Source of the DNA: a virus
Taxonomy: Duplodnaviria > Heunggongvirae > Uroviricota > Caudoviricetes
IMG/VR virus record: IMGVR_UViG_2636415610_000005
Span: 1 to 9,236 of that record
DNA length: 9,236 bases
Reading direction: 5' to 3' (one strand)
The stretch's first letter is position 1, and each line of letters starts with the position of its first letter. The notes beneath the pieces are model-generated. The model saw nothing but the letters and a program-made list of their open reading frames with translations. It did no database searches and was not told the DNA's origin. The position numbers were made by a program, and so were the translations under genes. Of this stretch, positions 7,627 through 9,236 are shown piece by piece.

Positions 7627-8330
7627 TAACTGACGGTAACAGTGCAGGAAGTGGAGGTCACCTTGTTAACAGGGCTTGCTGAATCAGAAATCTCGCAGGT
7701 ATACGCACCGGCATCACCTGATGCTGCTGATGCCTTACTGAATGTTGCCGCCGTCTGTCCGGAAACAGGAGAACTACCTTTCTTCCAGACATAAGAATAA
7801 GGCGGCACACCACCGGCAGCCTCAACCACCATTTCGAGTTTCGCTCCGGCAGAAACCTGCAGCGTGCTGTTTAAATCGACCTTCACTTTCAGCGGCTCTG
7901 TCGTCAGCACAGGTTTACCTTTCAGGCGCAGGGAAAACGTTGCAGCCACAACACCATTGGTTCCTGCAGACCAGGTATGCTGACGCACCTCTGCCATAAA
8001 GGTAAATCCGTTTCCTGACGGAAAAATAACTTTAAAGCCATACGTGGTGTCATTGTCATAGGCACTGCGCAACGCGTTCTGGGCAGCATTGAGGTAAAAG
8101 TTGCCTGACATGGAAATCTCTGACGCGGCACCAAGACCGTTAATATTTTCCTGCTCAACAGAACACAGCGTGGTGACATCAATATCCTGCTTTTGTCCTG
8201 CGGTAAACTGCACCTCTTTGATTGTACAGCTCAGACCAAGATAGCTGGCAGAATCCAGGGTTTCTGCTGTTACCGGTGCAGACGAAATCATAATTTTCGT
8301 CAGTTGCGAACGCTCAAAATTAGAGGACAT
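7626..8330 (-). CDS. Major tail (tube) protein with a C-terminal Ig-like domain
   Basis: Lies between the U-like gene and G. Likely start is the ATG at 8330..8328 (MSSNFERSQ...), preceded by GGAG at 6-nt spacing; the track's longer start at 8381 would read through the upstream hairpin. The C-terminal ~95 aa carry Ig-fold hallmarks (PPYSYVW, DAGAYTC). Not obviously lambda gpV-like in sequence. Confidence 0.8.
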   Translation of the reverse strand: MSSNFERSQLTKIMISSAPVTAETLDSASYLGLSCTIKEVQFTAGQKQDIDVTTLCSVEQENINGLGAASEISMSGNFYLNAAQNALRSAYDNDTTYGFKVIFPSGNGFTFMAEVRQHTWSAGTNGVVAATFSLRLKGKPVLTTEPLKVKVDLNSTLQVSAGAKLEMVVEAAGGVPPYSYVWKKGSSPVSGQTAATFSKASAASGDAGAYTCEISDSASPVNKVTSTSCTVTVS

Positions 8331-8342
8331 ACTCGTCTCCTG

Positions 8343-8368
8343 AAAATAAAAAACCCGCCAGCGGCGGG
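8343..8368 (-). terminator. GC-rich hairpin (CCCGCC-GCU-GGCGGG) followed by UUUUUUAUUUU on the minus-strand transcript, between the U-like stop and the major tail gene start; intrinsic terminator-like element
   Basis: Minus-strand sequence read directly: ...ACCCACCCGCCGCTGGCGGGTTTTTTATTTTCAGGAGACGAGT-ATG. Six G-C pairs, a 3-nt loop and a T-rich tail immediately upstream of the ribosome-binding site. Confidence 0.5.
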
Positions 8369-8389
8369 TGGGTAAAATCATTAACGACC

Positions 8390-8734
8390 TCAGGCTATTA
8401 CCTGAAATTCAAGCGTGGCTCTGCTCAGACGGGAATCAGGATCATAACCCTGAGTTTTAGAAATAACGGAGGGTGCAAGTTGCCTTACCGCATCAAGCGC
8501 CTGCTCACGGATATCATCTGCGTCATCAGGTACTGTTGCCCAGACATCGATCTGCACGGTAATTCTGGATTCAGCCTGACCATCAAGCACATCAGACGCA
8601 GTGTCAGACACCACAGAAAATACCAGCCATGGCGGAGATACCGCAGGCTTTCCCTCCGTCAGCGGGACCACATAAGGATAAACCTGTCCTCCGGCCAGTT
8701 GAGACAGCAGGGAATACAGTGTGGTCTCTCTCAT
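8390..8734 (-). CDS. Tail terminator / tail completion protein (lambda gpU position; DUF3168-like by recollection)
   Basis: 114-aa ORF (MRETTLYSLLSQLAGGQVYPYVVPLTEG...RITVQIDVWA...) located directly upstream of the major tail protein. Its ATG overlaps the upstream stop as ATGA. Family assignment is by position and motif recollection only. Confidence 0.6.
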   Translation of the reverse strand: MRETTLYSLLSQLAGGQVYPYVVPLTEGKPAVSPPWLVFSVVSDTASDVLDGQAESRITVQIDVWATVPDDADDIREQALDAVRQLAPSVISKTQGYDPDSRLSRATLEFQVIA

Positions 8735-9177
8735 TTACTTAAGACCTCATCAATAGCCTGATTCATTCGCTGTATGGCAATCTGTGCTGCCAGTTCCTCT
8801 GTCGTATCGAAAGCCGGGCGAATGAACGGATGCGCGGGCATGTTTATCGTTCCCAGCTCCACAAAGCGCCAGTAAAACGCATTTCGGGGATCACTGGCTT
8901 TCATGCTGTTATCACTGTTTCCGGTCCGCAGGTTCCGTCCACGAATGTGGACACCCGAGATAATTTCCCCCCGACGCTTTGAACGCTGAGTGAGAACAAC
9001 CACATTTTTCTTCAGTTTCCCGGTTCGCTCCGGCGCACGTTCAACAACTGCATCCCGCATAACTTCAGCACCGGCACGGGTGGCATCGCGCAGTACCTTA
9101 TTGTTTTCTGCCCTGCTGAGCGTCTCCAGATCCCGTGCAATATCCGCCAGACCTGAAAAATCAAGACTGAAATCCAT
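8731..9177 (-). CDS. HK97 gp10-like head-tail joining / tail completion protein (lambda gpZ position)
   Basis: ORF with ATG at 9177..9175 (AAGGGG about 8 nt upstream); the track extends it to a GTG at 9180. The motif NAFYWRFVELGTINMPAHPFIRPAF is characteristic of the HK97 gp10 family as I recall it. Confidence 0.65.
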   Translation of the reverse strand: MDFSLDFSGLADIARDLETLSRAENNKVLRDATRAGAEVMRDAVVERAPERTGKLKKNVVVLTQRSKRRGEIISGVHIRGRNLRTGNSDNSMKASDPRNAFYWRFVELGTINMPAHPFIRPAFDTTEELAAQIAIQRMNQAIDEVLSK

Positions 9178-9236
9178 CACACATTCCCCTTCTGAGAACA
9201 GAGTATCTCAAGCCGTGTAGACTGGCCCCCTGAATC
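9177..9236 (-). CDS. 3' end of an upstream phage gene (possibly a head-tail connector); only ~19 codons in the window
   Basis: An open minus-strand frame enters from the window end and stops at TGA 9179..9177, overlapping the downstream ATG as TGATG (a translational coupling pattern). No product can be assigned from 19 codons. Confidence 0.3.
   Translation of the reverse strand, partial: DSGGQSTRLEILCSQKGNV

Noticed and set aside
7626-8381. Longer 251-aa version of the major tail protein starting at 8381
   Set aside because: The extra 17 codons (MILPTRRWRVFYFQETS) are a read-through of the intergenic hairpin and T-run. The ATG at 8330 has a GGAG ribosome-binding site and a typical N-terminus.
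8480-8761. 93-aa plus-strand ORF
   Set aside because: Antisense to the U-like gene and the Z/U overlap; Arg-rich and without support.
1-9236. Looked for a novel defence, toxin or cargo system (a moron) embedded between tail genes
   Set aside because: Every junction between phage genes is a stop/start overlap or a short spacer (ATGA, TAATG, TGATG, GTGCCTGA). The only non-phage DNA is the IS66-family element, which carries just its three standard transposition genes. I see no support for any additional system.

Overview
This window is the tail-morphogenesis region of a lambda-like (siphovirus) prophage, with every phage gene on the minus strand. Reading 5'->3' on that strand, the order is: end of an upstream gene, an HK97-gp10-like tail completion protein (Z position), a tail terminator-like protein (U position), a major tail protein with a C-terminal Ig-like domain (V position), the tail assembly chaperone G/GT, a 1077-aa tape measure protein (H), M, L, and the N-terminus of K. 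The M, L and K products are recognisably lambda-like from memory. The one piece of accessory DNA is a 2,454-bp IS66-family insertion sequence (tnpA-tnpB-tnpC on the plus strand, imperfect terminal inverted repeats beginning GTAAGCGT, exact 8-bp target duplication GCAACGGA) inserted inside chaperone gene G. It separates the G N-terminus from its C-terminus and from the conserved A-AAA-AAG -1 frameshift site that makes the GT fusion. Deleting the IS and one duplication copy in silico restores an uninterrupted 128-codon G, so the insertion looks recent and the prophage is probably tail-defective. Two hairpin-plus-T-run elements sit in minus-strand intergenic gaps (U/V and T/H). I found no sign of a novel defence, toxin or cargo system: all phage gene junctions are tight or overlapping and the only non-phage DNA is the IS. 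No tRNA, rRNA or CRISPR array was seen. All homology statements come from reading the translations and from memory of phage lambda and IS66-family proteins; no database search was run.
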